DNA from: Carcharhinus amblyrhynchos | Lineage: Eukaryota | NCBI GenBank assembly: GCA_965287045.1 | Contig: OZ336883.1 | Coordinates: 45,694,001 to 45,758,000 of the forward strand | Direction: 5' to 3' | Length of the DNA: 64,000 nucleotides | Part shown: one piece after another, positions 1 to 12,587 of the stretch | Layout: each line of letters begins with the position of its first letter | How positions within the stretch are numbered: position 1 is the stretch's first letter | Translations under genes and position numbers: made by a program | The notes under the pieces: model-generated | The model's database searches: none | Seen by the model: only the letters and a program-made list of their open reading frames with translations | Told to the model about the DNA's origin: nothing

Positions 1-312
1 TGGTTAGCGCTACTGCCTCACAGTGCCAGGAACTCAGCTTCAATTCCAGCCTCGGGCCACTGTCTATGTAGAGTCTGCTCGTTCTCGCTGTGTGTGAGTT
101 TTCTCCTTGTGCTCCAGTTTCCTCCTGCACTCCAAAGATGTGCAGGTTAGGTTGATTGACCATGATAACTTTCTCCTTAGTAACAGGAGGTTAACAAGGT
201 AAATAGTGGGATCATGGGAATAGGGCCTGGGTGGGATTATGGTCGGTGCAGACTTGATGGGCCAAATTATTTCCTTCTGTGTTGTAGGAAGTCTACAATT
301 CTAAGATTCTAT
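1..312 (+). mobile_element. tRNA-derived V-SINE (HE1-like) with CR1-type tail, cut by window edge
   Basis: tRNA-like head TGGTTAGCGC...TTCAATTCC, V-domain GCTCCAGTTTCCTCC...CCAAAGATGTGCAGGTTAGG, tail GATGGGCCAAAT...ATTCTAAGATTCT. Confidence 0.85.
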
Positions 313-789
313 CTCTGAGAACATTGAGGATGATGGGATATTCGTGCTATATGCCCTTCCCAACTCTCAGCTCCCTCCATCCTGCTGTCTGGTATAATGA
401 AAAATTTGGTATGAAATTTGACTTTATAATCTCCTAACTATGTTAGGAATTATGGGTTTTGATATAAACAGAAACATTTGGTTTACACAAATAAATTCAA
501 ATAAATACACAACAGGTTTAATTAAAGATCTGGAGGGGAATTTTCAGCTAGATTCTCTGGTCCCGCTGCATGGAATGGAGATTTGGCTGAGTGTCAAATT
601 CTCCTTCCTCGCTTGCAACAGTAGCAAGGCATGAATGGCTGGAAAATATTCCCCCCCTGCTCTCTGCTCTGCATCAGAGTGTAAAACTGAAGCTAAAACT
701 TCAATTGGTTTGCCACTGCCAATGTGAAGTATCATCATAAACGGCCCCAGGGTGTTAAACAAAGATTACTGGAAGCATAGCCACAAAGT

Positions 790-963
790 CATAGAATCTC
801 TACAGAGCAGAAGAAGGCCATTTGGCTCATCAAGTCTACACCTTCCATCCAACAGAGCACCCTACCTAGGCTCACCCACTGCCCTATCCGGTAACCTACA
901 TATTGAACCCAAGTCCCTGGTGCTGTGAGGCAGCAGTGCCAACCACCGTGCTACCATGCCACC
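790..963 (-). mobile_element. Internally deleted HE1-like SINE
   Basis: Reverse CR1 tail CATAGAATC...AGGCCATTTGGC joined to reverse tRNA head GTGAGGCAGCAGTGCCAACCACC. Confidence 0.7.
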
Positions 964-1127
964 AGGAACTTCCAATAATTTATTAACCATTTACAACTAT
1001 AAAGAGGGATGGATAAGCAAAAGGTTGCTTCCAGAACCTTCTTTCTCTGTGTTTCGGTGACGCGTGATCTGACGTCATTGATATGCACTAGATGAATAAC
1101 TATTAATCCTTTGTACTACACTGTCCT

Positions 1128-1222
1128 TTGACGAAGGGTTCTGACGAAAGGTCACAGGTTTGAAAGATTCACTGTGGCTCTCATTCACAGATGCTGCCAG
1201 ACCCGTTGATTATTTCTGGCTG
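1128..1222 (+). mobile_element. Penelope-like 3' fragment with degenerate hammerhead motif
   Basis: CTGACGAAAGGTCACAGGTTTGAAAG...CACAGATGCTGCCAGACC; related fragments at about 20620-20710 (-), 45617-45740 (+) and 54045-54290 (-). Confidence 0.55.
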
Positions 1223-1224
1223 AT

Positions 1225-1930
1225 ATTTATATGGTGCCTTTAATGTAATTAAACTTCCCAAGGCAAATCACAGAGGCATTGCAAAGTGAGATGTGATACT
1301 GAGCCACATGAGGTAATCTCAGACAGATAGCCAAAGAGGGAGGTTTTAAGGAGTGTCTGTTCAGAGAAAGAACTGATGTAGAGATTTTCATCCAGCAGTT
1401 AGGATCTTCAGTTGCAATCAATAAAAGCGATAACTTCACAAAGTAAATCAAAGAAAAATGTTTAATAAAGAAACTTCATTGCACTAACACTCTGACCATG
1501 CCGCAAAGCTCACCATAATCCCCATCTGCTTCCTATTTATACTGGGTTAGCTGGTCAGCTGACCATCACATCATTCTGCCATTGGTTACATTATAACAGA
1601 TCCCGATGCTACCATTGGTTACATTATAACTAACGAGGACGTTCCTGAGCTTTGGGCCTCTGAAGCTGCAGGCGCAAACACCAATGGCGGAGAAATAAAA
1701 ATTGAGGATGTTGACTTTAGAGGATGCAAATATTTCAGAGTTTTGAGGAGCTGGGGAAGATCACAGAGTTGGGAGAAACACAGCATTGTCAGCAGACAAA
1801 TGGATGGGGTCAAACATAGAGTCCTGGGAAAAATGGTCAAGAAAAGAGAACTCAGGTGGTCAGCAGTTCAGCGTGAATAGAGTGTAGAGATCAGGAAGCA
1901 GTTTTTGCAGACAAGTTGAGCTCAAAGAGG
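1225..1930 (-). mobile_element. Old L2 LINE 3' fragment, interrupted at about 1385-1634
   Basis: Reverse complement of L2-type 3' end (ATTTATATGGTGCCTTTAATGTA...TTCCCAAGGC); similar to the copy at 9995-11090. Confidence 0.6.
1385..1634 (-). repeat. Unclassified LTR/pLTR-like repeat, copy 1 of 3
   Basis: Shares TAAATCAAAGAAAAA.GTTTAATAAAGAA.CTTCATT and AGCTGGTCAGCTGACCA.CACATCATT with 34697-34984 and 43516-43723; TATA and repeated CCAAT on minus strand. Confidence 0.7.
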
Positions 1931-3399
1931 GCTTGAGACGAGAAAAGAAAGAAACTAGACAACAATGCGAAAATGCAAATTGTAGGCAATGGAGGCACTT
2001 GGGGGAGGAGAATAGGAAACAGCGAATATGGGATTGTTAATATACCTTTGGGGTTACCTACATAAATTTCATGCCAATTGACGCTATGGCTAAATTGCCG
2101 AGAAGAAGCCCCAAGTCATGAGCAAGCAACTAGTGGAAGAATATGAAATGTACAGGTTAAAAGGTCAAAAATTAACTTGCTGCCAATAAAGTGATAGTGA
2201 ATCTGAACATTCCTTTTCTTCACAATAAGCATTCATTTGTGACAATTATTTCCAGATGTCTCCTGATCCTCATAAAAGGTTTTGTTTTTTTTAATTCAAA
2301 AGCTCCATTATTAGTGAGATTACATTAACCTAACCTTTAAATTAAAATATGATCTTTTGAATTGCAGCGAGGAATTATTATTCAGTCATGTTGATTACAA
2401 AGCTAACACTGCTTATTCATTTCCATTCAGTCTGGTTAAATGCAGTGACACTTTGCTTATATTAGCATCTAAACCATTAGCTAGCAGTTTATTTTGCATC
2501 AGTTTAACATGGCTGTTGTTCATACCAGTTCTGTATAAATTAATTAGAACAGCTCTGTTTTTGTCCTAGCTTTAACTACAGCCTGTCTTCAATATCATAA
2601 AACCATCTGTTCCTTCCCAACTGGAACATGAAGCAGACAGCGTTTATTGATGGTGGAATTAAATGTCCTGCATCATGACAAAGGGGCCAGAATTTTGGAT
2701 AAAAGGTGCAAAAATGGCAAAGATTTCATAACCTTTCACCTTGGTGCAGTGGTTTCTAAGCATCAATCTAAAAAAGTAATTTAGCATTCTTTCAGACAAC
2801 AGTTGCCTCCTGATTTTAATATTTCATATTTTTTATTGCAGTAGGACACTGATTTATTGGAATGCAACAAGGGATTCAGGTGTAACAATACAACTGTATT
2901 ATTCAATAGTAGCAGGAATATAACTAGTCTAAATTATTTATCTGCTGTTTTATTTAAAGCAATGTGCTGTGTTGGAGGAATATAATCACATCTGTAATAA
3001 ATTAAGAATCAAATAATATTGAAGTAAGTTATATTTCAGTTTTTTAATTAATATATTGTTCAAGTTTGATAGCAAGTGGGTATCTATGCTTCATTCATTT
3101 CTACAGATCAAAACACTCACCCATTTTTCTTTTGATTTTGAATTGGCAAGTTGATTTGAGCAGACAGAAGAAGATATACCATCCTGAAATAATATGCAAC
3201 ATTATCGTTAACGTCAATAAATGTATATTATAGAAGAATGAATCCAATGCTAGTCTTTACCTTGTTTGGATTTATTTTCGAGCATGCTAAGCAGAGAAAC
3301 AAACTATACAAGCTCATTCCCCTCCAACACATCAAGCCGGCTGACTCTACGATTAACAAAATCAACATCCACCTTGTTGCCTTCAATCGAACCTATTAA

Positions 3400-4179
3400 A
3401 TAAGAACATAAGAACATAAGAAATAGGAGCAGGAGTAGGCCATCTAGCCCTTCGAGCCTGCCCCACCATTCAATAAGATCATGGCTGATCTGTCGTGGCT
3501 CAGTTCCACTTTCCCGCCCTCTCCCCATAACCCTTAATCCCCTCTCTTATCAAGAACCCATCAACCCGCTTCTTAAAAATATTTAGCGAGGCAGCCTCCA
3601 CCACTTCAACGGGCAGAGAATTCCAGAGATTCACCACCCTTTGAGTGAAGAAGTTCCTCCTCAACTCCGTTCTAAACCGCCTCCCCTTTATCTTGAGGCT
3701 GTGCCCCCTAGTCCTACTGTCTTTTTTGAGCGGGAAGAGTCTCTCCACCTCTATCCTATCCATCCCATTCATCATCTTATACGTCTCAATGAGATCTCCC
3801 CTCATTCTTCTAAACTCTAACGAGTACAAGCCTAGTTTATTCAGCCTCTCCTCATAGCTCAATCCCCTCAACTCCGGTATCAGCCTAGTAAACCTCCTCT
3901 GCACTCCCTCCAGGGCCAAAATATCCTTGCGCAGGTGCGGCGCCCAAAACTGCACACAGTACTCCAGCTGCGGCCTCACCAATGCCCTATACAGCTGCAG
4001 CAAGACCTCCCTACTTTTATATTCAATCCCCCTCGCTATGAAGGCCAGCATCCCATTCGCCTTCCTGACCACCTGCTGCACCTGCAAGCTGGGTTTTTGC
4101 GACTCATGCACAAGGACCCCGAGGTCCCTCTGCACCGTCGCCTGCTGCAGTTTTTCGCCACGTAAGTAATAGTCCTTCC
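3400..4179 (-). mobile_element. Young 5'-truncated CR1 LINE (ORF2 C-terminus plus 3' UTR)
   Basis: ORF 3500..4135 nearly identical to the C-terminus of ORF 36094..37665; tail of TTCTTATG units. Confidence 0.95.
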
Positions 4180-4632
4180 AACAATTATGTCAGCATCAAA
4201 ATGTACACACACCTGGAGCTATTAATCACAGATAGGAACACACAATGATGCAGCACATTGCAAAACTGAACGACACCTTCTTATTTACCTGCTTTGGATG
4301 GCTTACATAACATTTGAGCGGTTATGGAAGGTACAGAGGGCCTTTTCTGAGGAGTCTGTCACAGTCAGATCTTAATATATGAGATGAGAGCAGAGGCCCA
4401 CTGTACTTGGCATCTGTACTCTACAGAATGCAATGTCAGTGCAATTCTCACTCACAAATCCTCAGATGGGAAGGCCATTGAACAGCTTTTCACTATGATA
4501 CACTTAATGCAATAGAATCAAAATTACTATAAGAAATGATTTTGTGACTTAGGATTTGTGTTGTTGCAAACTATCTAAAATGGTCTGTATGGAGACTCCT
4601 GGAACATGCTGTTTCCATATTCCTACTTAACT

Positions 4633-4940
4633 TAGAATCATAGAATCCCAACATGCAAAAGGAGACCATTCAGCCCACTGAGTCTGCACTGACTGTAATT
4701 CCACTCATGCCCTATTTCCATAATTCCACATATTTATGTTGCAAATCCCTCTGACATTAGGGCCAATTTAGCATGGCCAATTACACTAAACCACACAACC
4801 AGAATGCCTGGAGGAAACTCACACAGACACAGGGAGAATGTATAAATTCCACACAGACAATGACCTGAAGCTGGAATTGAACCTGTGTCCCTGGCGCTGT
4901 GAGTCAGCAGTGCTAACCACCGTACTACCGTGCCGCCCGC
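4633..4940 (-). mobile_element. HE1-like V-SINE
   Basis: TAGAATCATAGAATCCC tail, TTTAGCATGGCCAAT V-domain, CAGCAGTGCTAACCAC head. Confidence 0.85.
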
Positions 4941-6067
4941 CCCACTTTTTCCTCATTTTTTAAAAAAAGGCACAATACTTTTAGGCACTACACCACCCCC
5001 GAAGTCCCAAAACAGAAAGGAAGAAGTGATTGGAAGAGCTCGCCACGTTAAGTGTGGACAAACAAGAAGCATCTTTGCCCAATCTGGAATGGCATTAGAT
5101 TCTATAATTGCAAAAGCCTGAGGTTCCTGTCACAAGATTGGCCGTCAGCACGGTCTGTGGGGTTAACCTGAAACTTCCCGGAGTCGGCCGAGCAAAACAG
5201 AAGACTCTGCTTGTCCCACTTGGAAAGTGTAGGCCTCTACAGCTCCAGCCAGTCTCCCTCCACATCCCAATCATGAGCCCCTCGCAGCGATCTCTTTTGC
5301 AAACTTGCCTTGGGGCCACAGCCTTCTCCTGCTTTGTGTCCTCCCTGAAAACCAGAATCACTGTTTCCTGAAAATGGCCAGTCACCTGCTCGCAGGTATT
5401 GACCTGAGGCCTACAATGAAAATGCAATCTCTCCCAGCTTTGTTGTCACTAAGGCCAACCTCCTGTCACGTGTTAATGGTCTCCGATATCTCAAATCCAG
5501 GCTAAGAAACTTGGAAAAAGCCAATCAGATGTACAGATTTGACCGTTCCAAAAGTGCGAACCATGAATTCAAAATTTGTTTTTTATGCTCCTGAATTTGA
5601 AAGGACAAGCATGCTCATGCTTTTTCTGTTAGTTCGCAATTCTGGGTAAATTGAGGTCAGTATACAATGACTTCAATTTCCTTTCATCACAGAACAGATC
5701 TTTCTTTTGTCTCCAGCATCAATAAAGAACAGCTTGTCATGCGTCTTGTTCCAACATGTGTCTATACACAGAGAATCATGAGGAATAATACTTGACATCC
5801 TGGCAGTAGTCATGATGCATTCATTATGTGACAGTCTTGAATGCTATTTGCATTTGAGCCAACTAAAGAAACTAAATAACATAAGCTGGTCTAGATTTTA
5901 GATTTTATTTCAATAGGCTTTAGTGTGCATACTTAATTTGACCATTTATGCCAAAGGTTTTTTTACAAACAGACATTCTGCAATGAACTGACTAGGTCAG
6001 ATTGCCATTTTGTCTTAACATGTGATCAGAAAATAAACCATGTTAACATTCCTCACGTTTTCCAGCA

Positions 6068-6364
6068 AGTTTGTTTATTAGTGTCACAAGTAGGCTTACA
6101 TTAACACAGCAATGAAGTTACTGTGAAAATCCAGTGGTCGTCACACTTTTCCAGTAGACTGAGGGAGAATTTAGCATGGCCAATGCACCTAACCAGCGCA
6201 CCCTTTGGACTGCGGAAGGAAACCGCCACAGCTGCAGGAAACCCATACAGACACGGGGAAAGCATACAAAGTCTGCACAGACAGGGACTCAAGACAGAAA
6301 TTGAACTCCGATCCATAGGGCTGTGAGGCAGCACTGGTAACTACTATGTCACCGAGCCACCCCA
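6068..6364 (-). mobile_element. V-SINE with alternative, Rex1-like tail
   Basis: Same head and V-domain as the HE1-like SINEs, but tail reads ...TACTTGTGACACTAATAAAC on the element strand. Confidence 0.75.
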
Positions 6365-6679
6365 GCTAACTGTCTAGAAATAGGCAATTGTAAGAGAAGA
6401 AGGTTAATCAATTACTCTGTAATTGGAGGATTACAGTTAGATTATATTTATTTCTGTATTTTCTACCAAAATACTGTAGGAAAAGCTGTGAAGAAGAGAT
6501 CTGAATTATCTGGTATTGACCCCTATCAGAACACACTGCCCTTTTGAAGTGGATTATAATTCTAGCCCCCAGTATAGACTACCCTAGATCGGGAATACTC
6601 CCTCAACAATCATCCTCACTGAAGTTCAAGGCAACAACTTCACACAGACACTTATTTTGGGTCTGAGAAAGTGAATCAC

Positions 6680-8405
6680 AACTCCCCAAGGAAAATGACT
6701 ATTAACTGAATGTCCAAGGATATTTGACAATTCGGAAGGACAGACAAGGATGGAAAGGAGGTGGGCTTGCACTGATAATCGGGGATAAGATCAGTGTAAG
6801 AGAGGATCTTAGATTGAAAAAACAATGGCTGGAACTCCACCGTCTTGTTCTCTACGGAATCGGAGCGGGCGAGGGTCCGACAATGGAAATCTCCACAGAC
6901 CTCGGGTGGGAATTTCTGGTCTTGCTTGAGCAAGGCTGTAAAATCCCATCCAATGTATGGAATCTGTTTAGATGGAGCTAAAAAACAGCAAAGGGCAGCA
7001 GATATTAGTTGGAGTTTTTTCATATGCCACCAAATAGTAATGTAATGTGAGGCATGGCTTTAATCAGGAAATGAGAGAAGCATGTAGCATGGACAATACT
7101 GTGATCCTGGCTGACTTCAATCTCTACATAGACTGGTTAAACCAAATGAGCACAAATGCTGAGGAAGACGAATTACAGGAGTGTGATAAGGATGAGTTTC
7201 TATGGCAGTATGTGAAGGAATCAATAACAGGACAGGCTATTTTAGATCTAGTATTATGTAATGAAGAAAGAGCTAATAATCTAGTTGTAAAAGAACTGTT
7301 AAGGATCAATGACCACCATATAATAGAATTTTACATTATGTTTGAAAGTGAGGAAGTTCAATCTGAAGCCAGATGTTAAAATTGAATAAAGGAAATTATG
7401 AAGACATAAGGGACAAGTTGGCTGAGGTGGATTGGGAAAAGGCATTGAATGGTAAGACTGTGTATAGGCAATGAATAGTCTTCAAAGAATTATGGCATAC
7501 AGCAACTACCCATTCCTTCAAGGAGCAAAAACCCAAAAAAAGCCAGTCAACCATTGCTCACAAAATATGCGATGAAAAGAAAAGTCTTACAAATCGTCAG
7601 TAATAGCAATAAACCTCAGGATTGGGAGGTTTTTAAAATATAGCAAAGAAGGTTGAGAAACTGATAAAGAATGGGAGAACAAAATCTGAATGCAATCTAG
7701 CAAAAAACATAAAAATGCATTGTAAAAGCTTTTACAGGTATGTAAAAAGGAAACAAAGACAAATATGGGTCCATTAAGGGCAGAGTCAGGGGAATTCATA
7801 ATGGGTAACAGAGAAATGGCAGTGAAACTAAATAATTATTTTGTCTTTGTTTTCACTAAAGAAGATATAGGAAATTTCCCAGATGTAGAGGTCCAAGGGA
7901 CTAGGGAGAATGTAGAGTTGAAGGAAATTAGCATGAGTAAGAAGACTGTATCAGAGAAATTAATTAGACTGAAAGCTGATAAAGCCCGGGGACCTGATCC
8001 TATGCATTCCAGAGTGTTGAAAGTGGTTCCCCTGTAGATAATTGATATATTGGTGACCATCCTTTCAAATTCTATAGATTCTAGAATAGTTTATGAAGAT
8101 TGGGAGGTAGCAAATGTCACCCCATTATTTACAAAGGGAGGGAGAGAGAAAACAGGGAAAGACAGGAGTGTTAGGATTATATCAGCAGTAGAAAATGCTG
8201 GAATTTCTTACAAAGAATGTGAAACTTGAACAATCATGAACTGGTTAGACATAGTCAGCACATACTTACGGATGTGAAATCACGTGTGACAAACCTTTTG
8301 GAGTTTTTTGAAGATGACACTAACAACAATGATAAAGGAGAGTCGATGGGCGTAGTATATTAGGACTTTCAGAAAGCTTTTGATAAAGTCTCTCACAGGA
8401 GGCTG
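6680..8405 (+). mobile_element. Decayed CR1 ORF2 (APE endonuclease to RT N-terminus)
   Basis: ORF fragments RKDRQGWKGGG, VILADFN, AILDLVLCNE, KARGPD and DFQKAFDKV with stops and frameshifts. Confidence 0.9.
6827..6951. mobile_element. About 125-bp PIF/Harbinger-type MITE inserted in CR1
   Basis: Imperfect TIRs GGCTGGAACTCCAC / GTAAAATCCCATCC; 3-bp TSD AAT; reverse-complement relative of 19061-19185. Confidence 0.7.
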
Positions 8406-9137
8406 GAGGCAATAGGAGCAATGCTGAGCAAGATGTAGACAGGATGTTTAGCGAGGTGGTCACACCACTGGATCTCAACGATTAGGTACTCAAGAACAGC
8501 AGACAAGTAGTTGGGGGTGTTTAGAAGGGAGTTCCAGGATTTGAGTCAACGACACTGAAGGAATGATGAGTTAGGATGGTAATTAGCTTGGAGTGGAACT
8601 AGTAGGTGGTGACGTCTGAATGCGTCTAGGCCCTTGTCCTTCCAGCTGATAGAAGTCGTGAATTTGGAAGGTGCTGTCACATAGCCTTAGTGAGTTATTA
8701 GCTTTCTTGGAGCCTTATATGCTTATAAATTTCATTCCACTGAACTGGTACTTCTCAGTGGTGCCATATTCACTTTGTTACTTACATTGTTGGTTATTTC
8801 TTTACTGCATCATCTCCCCTACCCTTGGCACAGGGTCCTTTCCCCCGGAGTTGATGAAGGTGTTATTTCCTTGAATACCCAAGTATTTCCAATTACTAAC
8901 GACTGATTTCAAATGAAGATGTATTCACAACCTTAACAAACAGTGATGGCTTTTAAGTATTTTTGAGTGTTTTTAATGATACCCATTGAAGGGATTTTTT
9001 TTGCACGTGTAAAAGAACCTTTTATCACATGAATAAATACTTCTATCACATCATACTGTTTGAGGTCAGATCAGCATTAAATGTTTACAAGCTTGTATAG
9101 ACACTGAAAAATACCAGAACTCTTTGATCTTTTCCGA

Positions 9138-9448
9138 GGGCATTTAAGAATTAACCACACTACTGTGGATCTAGAGTCACATGGAGGCCAGACCATGGAA
9201 AGAACTTGACAATGGTTGAGCATTAGACTTTTAATTCCAGATTTTTATTGAATTCAAATGCTACCATCTGCTGTGGTAGGATTTGAACTTGGGTCCTCAC
9301 AAGTCTCTGGATTACTAGTCCAGTGACAGTACCATCATACCATCATACTATCATCTCCTACAGCTCAAGGGCAATAAGGGATGGGCAACAATGCTGGCCT
9401 TGACAGTGACACCCACATTCCATGGAAGAATAAAGGAAATAAAAAAAG
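9138..9448. mobile_element. Deu-SINE (SacSINE1-like) pieces: minus-strand body and plus-strand tail
   Basis: TTAATTCCAGATTTTTATTGAATTCAAAT...CATCTGCTGTGGT and CAATAAGGGATGGGCAACAATGCTGGCC; similar to 15037-15415 and 50785-51138. Confidence 0.65.
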
Positions 9449-9569
9449 CGATTTAAACAGAAACAGCAGCACCAGAAGCCTACTGTTGAGAGACCCACAG
9501 TTGGACAGCAAAGAGGGGAGAGCGACAGAGAATGGACTGACAGAGGGTGCAGCTCACAGCATACACTGA

Positions 9570-9980
9570 CTATGACAATGGTGTACAAGCAAAGACTGGG
9601 GTTTCCTTGACTTCAGGAAAATCAGGTTATCATGACAAATGGTGGATTAAGGTGGCATTCTCCAAAAAGCCTGTTCGCTGTTGGATCAGGTCACCATGTA
9701 CTGGTCAAAAGCATTGTCCTCAGTTATATTGTCTCCTGATCCTTCCAGGACTCCATCAGAGGGAGATACAAATGCTTAAGATATCTGGTGTATAGGGGAG
9801 TATACCAGGGCCAGTAATTATACAACATTACCTGTGATGATGTCTGCCAGAATGAATGGGTGTTCTGCTTTGTTTCCTTGGCCATCTTCCCACGCATGTG
9901 AGTCATCATCAACAAAAACACACAGAACAACTGGAAGGTTTCATTAGCTACAATAGCTTCCACTCCATGAATGTGCGGCC
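9570..9980 (+). pseudogene. Harbinger (HARBI1-like) DDE transposase remnant
   Basis: Frame-broken pieces VYKQRLGFLD, SFQD, AIFPRM and FISYNSFHSMNV, resembling FINRKGFHSLNVQ. Confidence 0.6.
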
Positions 9981-9994
9981 AGAGATCAGCAAAA

Positions 9995-11090
9995 AGTTGT
10001 CGTTTTATAGTGGTTTAACCATAATAAAACATTTCAGCACTTCACAGAGGCATTACAAAACAAAATTTGGCATGGTGGCATAATGGCTTGCACTGCTGCC
10101 TCGCAGCGCCAGGGACCCGGGTTCAATTCTGCCTTTGGGAGACTGTGTGTGGTTTGCATGTTCTCCCTACGTCTGTGTGGATTTCCTCCAGGTGTTCTGG
10201 TTTCCTCCCACGGTCTAAAGATGTGCGGGTTATGTTGATTGGCCATGTTAAATTGCCTCTTAGTGTCGGGGGACTAATAAGGTAAAAACGTGGGGTTGCA
10301 GGGATGGGGCCAAGGTGGGATTGTTTTTGGTGCAGGCTTGCTTGGACTGAATGGCCTCCCTTTTAGGGGGAGGCTATTCTATAAGGATTCTATGATTCTA
10401 TGAAAATATGAAATCGAACCACGCCAGTAAATGCTACGACAGGTGACCAAAAGTTTGATTAAAGGTTTTAATAAGGTTTAAGACATGTTAAAGGAGGAAA
10501 GCAGAGTAGAGAGCCATGGAGTATTCGGGAGGGGGCAGGAAGGCTATTCCAGAGCTTAGGAGTAGTAGGCAGCTGAAGGCAGGGCTGCCAGTGGTGGGGA
10601 GATTAAAATTGAGCTAGATTTAGAAGAATGCAGTTTTCAGATGATGGTAAGGCAGCAGGAGGTTTCAGGGATAAGATGGGCGCAGACCATGGAGGAGATG
10701 AGAATTTTGTAATCAACACATTGCTCGAATGTAGGTCAGTGAGCACAAGGGTATGCGTGAATGAGATTTGGTGCAATTTTGAGCATAGGCAGCAGAGCTT
10801 TGGCAAGCGTCAAGTTGACAGAGAGTTGAATATGAGAAGATGGCCAGAAATGCATCTTAAGTGGCCATGCAAGAAGGGAACAAAGATATAACTGAGCCTT
10901 TCAGCAACAGAAGAGCTAAAGCAAGAGGGTGGAAATGGACAACATTACAAAGTTTCAGCAGCAGCAATCTCAGAGTCAAATAACACACAGAGGTTTCAAA
11001 CTGGCTGGTTCAACCTAAGACAGGTGCTGGAGAGGGCCATAGAATCATTGGCAAGGGAGCAGAATTTCTGGTGAATATCGATTTGAACCT
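9995..11090 (-). mobile_element. Old L2 LINE 3' portion containing a SINE
   Basis: Reverse L2 3' end and GGCAGCTGAAGGCAGGGCTGCCAGTGGTGG block. Confidence 0.6.
10068..10402 (+). mobile_element. HE1-like V-SINE
   Basis: GGCATGGTGGCATAATGG head, GGTTCAATTC B-box, V-domain, (GATTCTAT)n tail. Confidence 0.9.
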
Positions 11091-12352
11091 TCCGGTGAGT
11101 GTTGGAACCATCGGGTCTGATGCAAGCTGATCAGAACACTACGCACTTACCTGGTTACAGTTCAAAGGGTCCAAGTTCTGATGCAGCATGCTGAAGATAT
11201 CCCTCAGTCCAGGAATCCACACAGAGCTTCGCAAAGAGAATCAGTGCAGAGGATGCACCCCCCGTTTATGGCACTAGCTTTCGTATGGTCCAGTGAATGG
11301 ATCAATCAGTGGGTAAAGTAATTATGTGTGTGAGGTAAGTATTGGGGTTGGAGGTTGTCAGATCTGATAGTTGGGGTAGTTGGGTGATCGGGGGCTCATT
11401 AAGTGGTCGGGTTAGTGCTTGAGGGGTTGGGGTCATTCGGGAGGGTAGTCAGGTGGTAGTCAGGTTTGGTCAATGGTGTAGTCAGGTTTTAGGGGAGGAT
11501 GGGGAATAGGTAGTTGGATGCTTGAGGGTAGTCAGGTGGCCTGGGATAATTGGGTCCGGCTGGGGGTGTAGCTGGGTGTTTGAGGGATAGTTTGCTTGGG
11601 AGGCTGTTGGTCAGTGATAGATGAGGGTGTGTTCAGATGGGGAGTAACCGAGTTGAGTCATCATAGTCAGGTGGTCAGCGGGGCAGTTCAGTGGTGGATG
11701 AATAATAAGGTGGTTGCAGGTAGTTGGGGAGTCAGGAGGTAGTCTGGGAGTTGGGAGAGTAGTTGTGGATTGAGGAGAAGATTAGAGAGTTGATTTCTAA
11801 TTACCCAGATGTTACCCAGTTTTAATTTGACTAACATTTCATGAGTAACTATCCAGGTAAGTACTATGGATCCCTTGGAGGTCTCTGGCTCTATCTTAGA
11901 GGAGACTCTGTCATGGCGGATCCTGGGGACACAGAGCAATTTTCCCATCAGAAGTTGAAATTTCCTGGGCAATTTCAATGCAGGTCAACATGCGAGAACC
12001 TCTGCAGGGTTTTGATGAACATCTTCTCTTGCAGTCTCAGGAGGGTAACATCTGCCCCTTTACCTCCTCCGTCCTCACCATCCAAGGCCACAAACATTCC
12101 TTCCAGTTGAAGCAGTGATTTACTTGCACTTATTTCAATTTAATCTGCTGTATTTGCTGCTCTCAGTGCGATCTCCTTTACATTGGGCAGGCTGGGTGAC
12201 CACTCTGCGGAACACCTTCACTCAGTCTACAAGCATGGCCCTGACCTTCTTGTAACTTGATGTGGAGATGCCAGTGTTGGACTGGGGTAAACACAGTAAG
12301 AAGTTTCACGACACCAGGTTAAAGTCCAATAGGTTATTTTGGTAGCAAATGC

Positions 12353-12387
12353 CACTAGCTTTCGGGGCTCTGCCCCTTCGTCAGGTG
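12353..12387 (-). ncRNA. Minimal type I hammerhead ribozyme motif
   Basis: CAC CUGACGA A GGGGC AGA GCCCC GAAA GCUA GUG: intact core, perfect stem II, palindromic AGCU stem III. Confidence 0.75.
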
Positions 12388-12552
12388 AGTGGGAAGTTCT
12401 GATCACAAACATGGCATGTAAAGGCACACACTCAGTTTACAGAATACTGATTAGAATGTGAGTCTTAGCTGTAAAGACTTGCATTCTAATCAGTATACTG
12501 TAAACTGAGCGTGTGCCTTTATATGTCCTGTTTGTGATCAGAACTCCCCACT

Positions 12553-12587
12553 CACCTGACGAAGGGGCAGAGCCCTGAAAGCTAGTG
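12553..12587 (+). ncRNA. Minimal type I hammerhead ribozyme motif
   Basis: CAC CUGACGA A GGGGC AGA GCCCU GAAA GCUA GUG. Confidence 0.7.

Noticed and set aside
3645-4169. Recurrent short ORFs (MKKFLLNSVLNR..., [12 protein letters not shown]...) also at 37-38 kb
   Set aside because: Antisense shadows of the near-identical CR1 copies
10068-10140. tRNA-like A/B-box sequences here and in many other places
   Set aside because: They are SINE heads followed by a V-domain and LINE tail, not tRNA genes
11340-11790. G/T-rich degenerate GGTAGTCAGGT repeats, with similar purine-rich tracts at 19850-20200 and 63420-63600
   Set aside because: Low-complexity interior of non-autonomous elements; no regular period or coding signal
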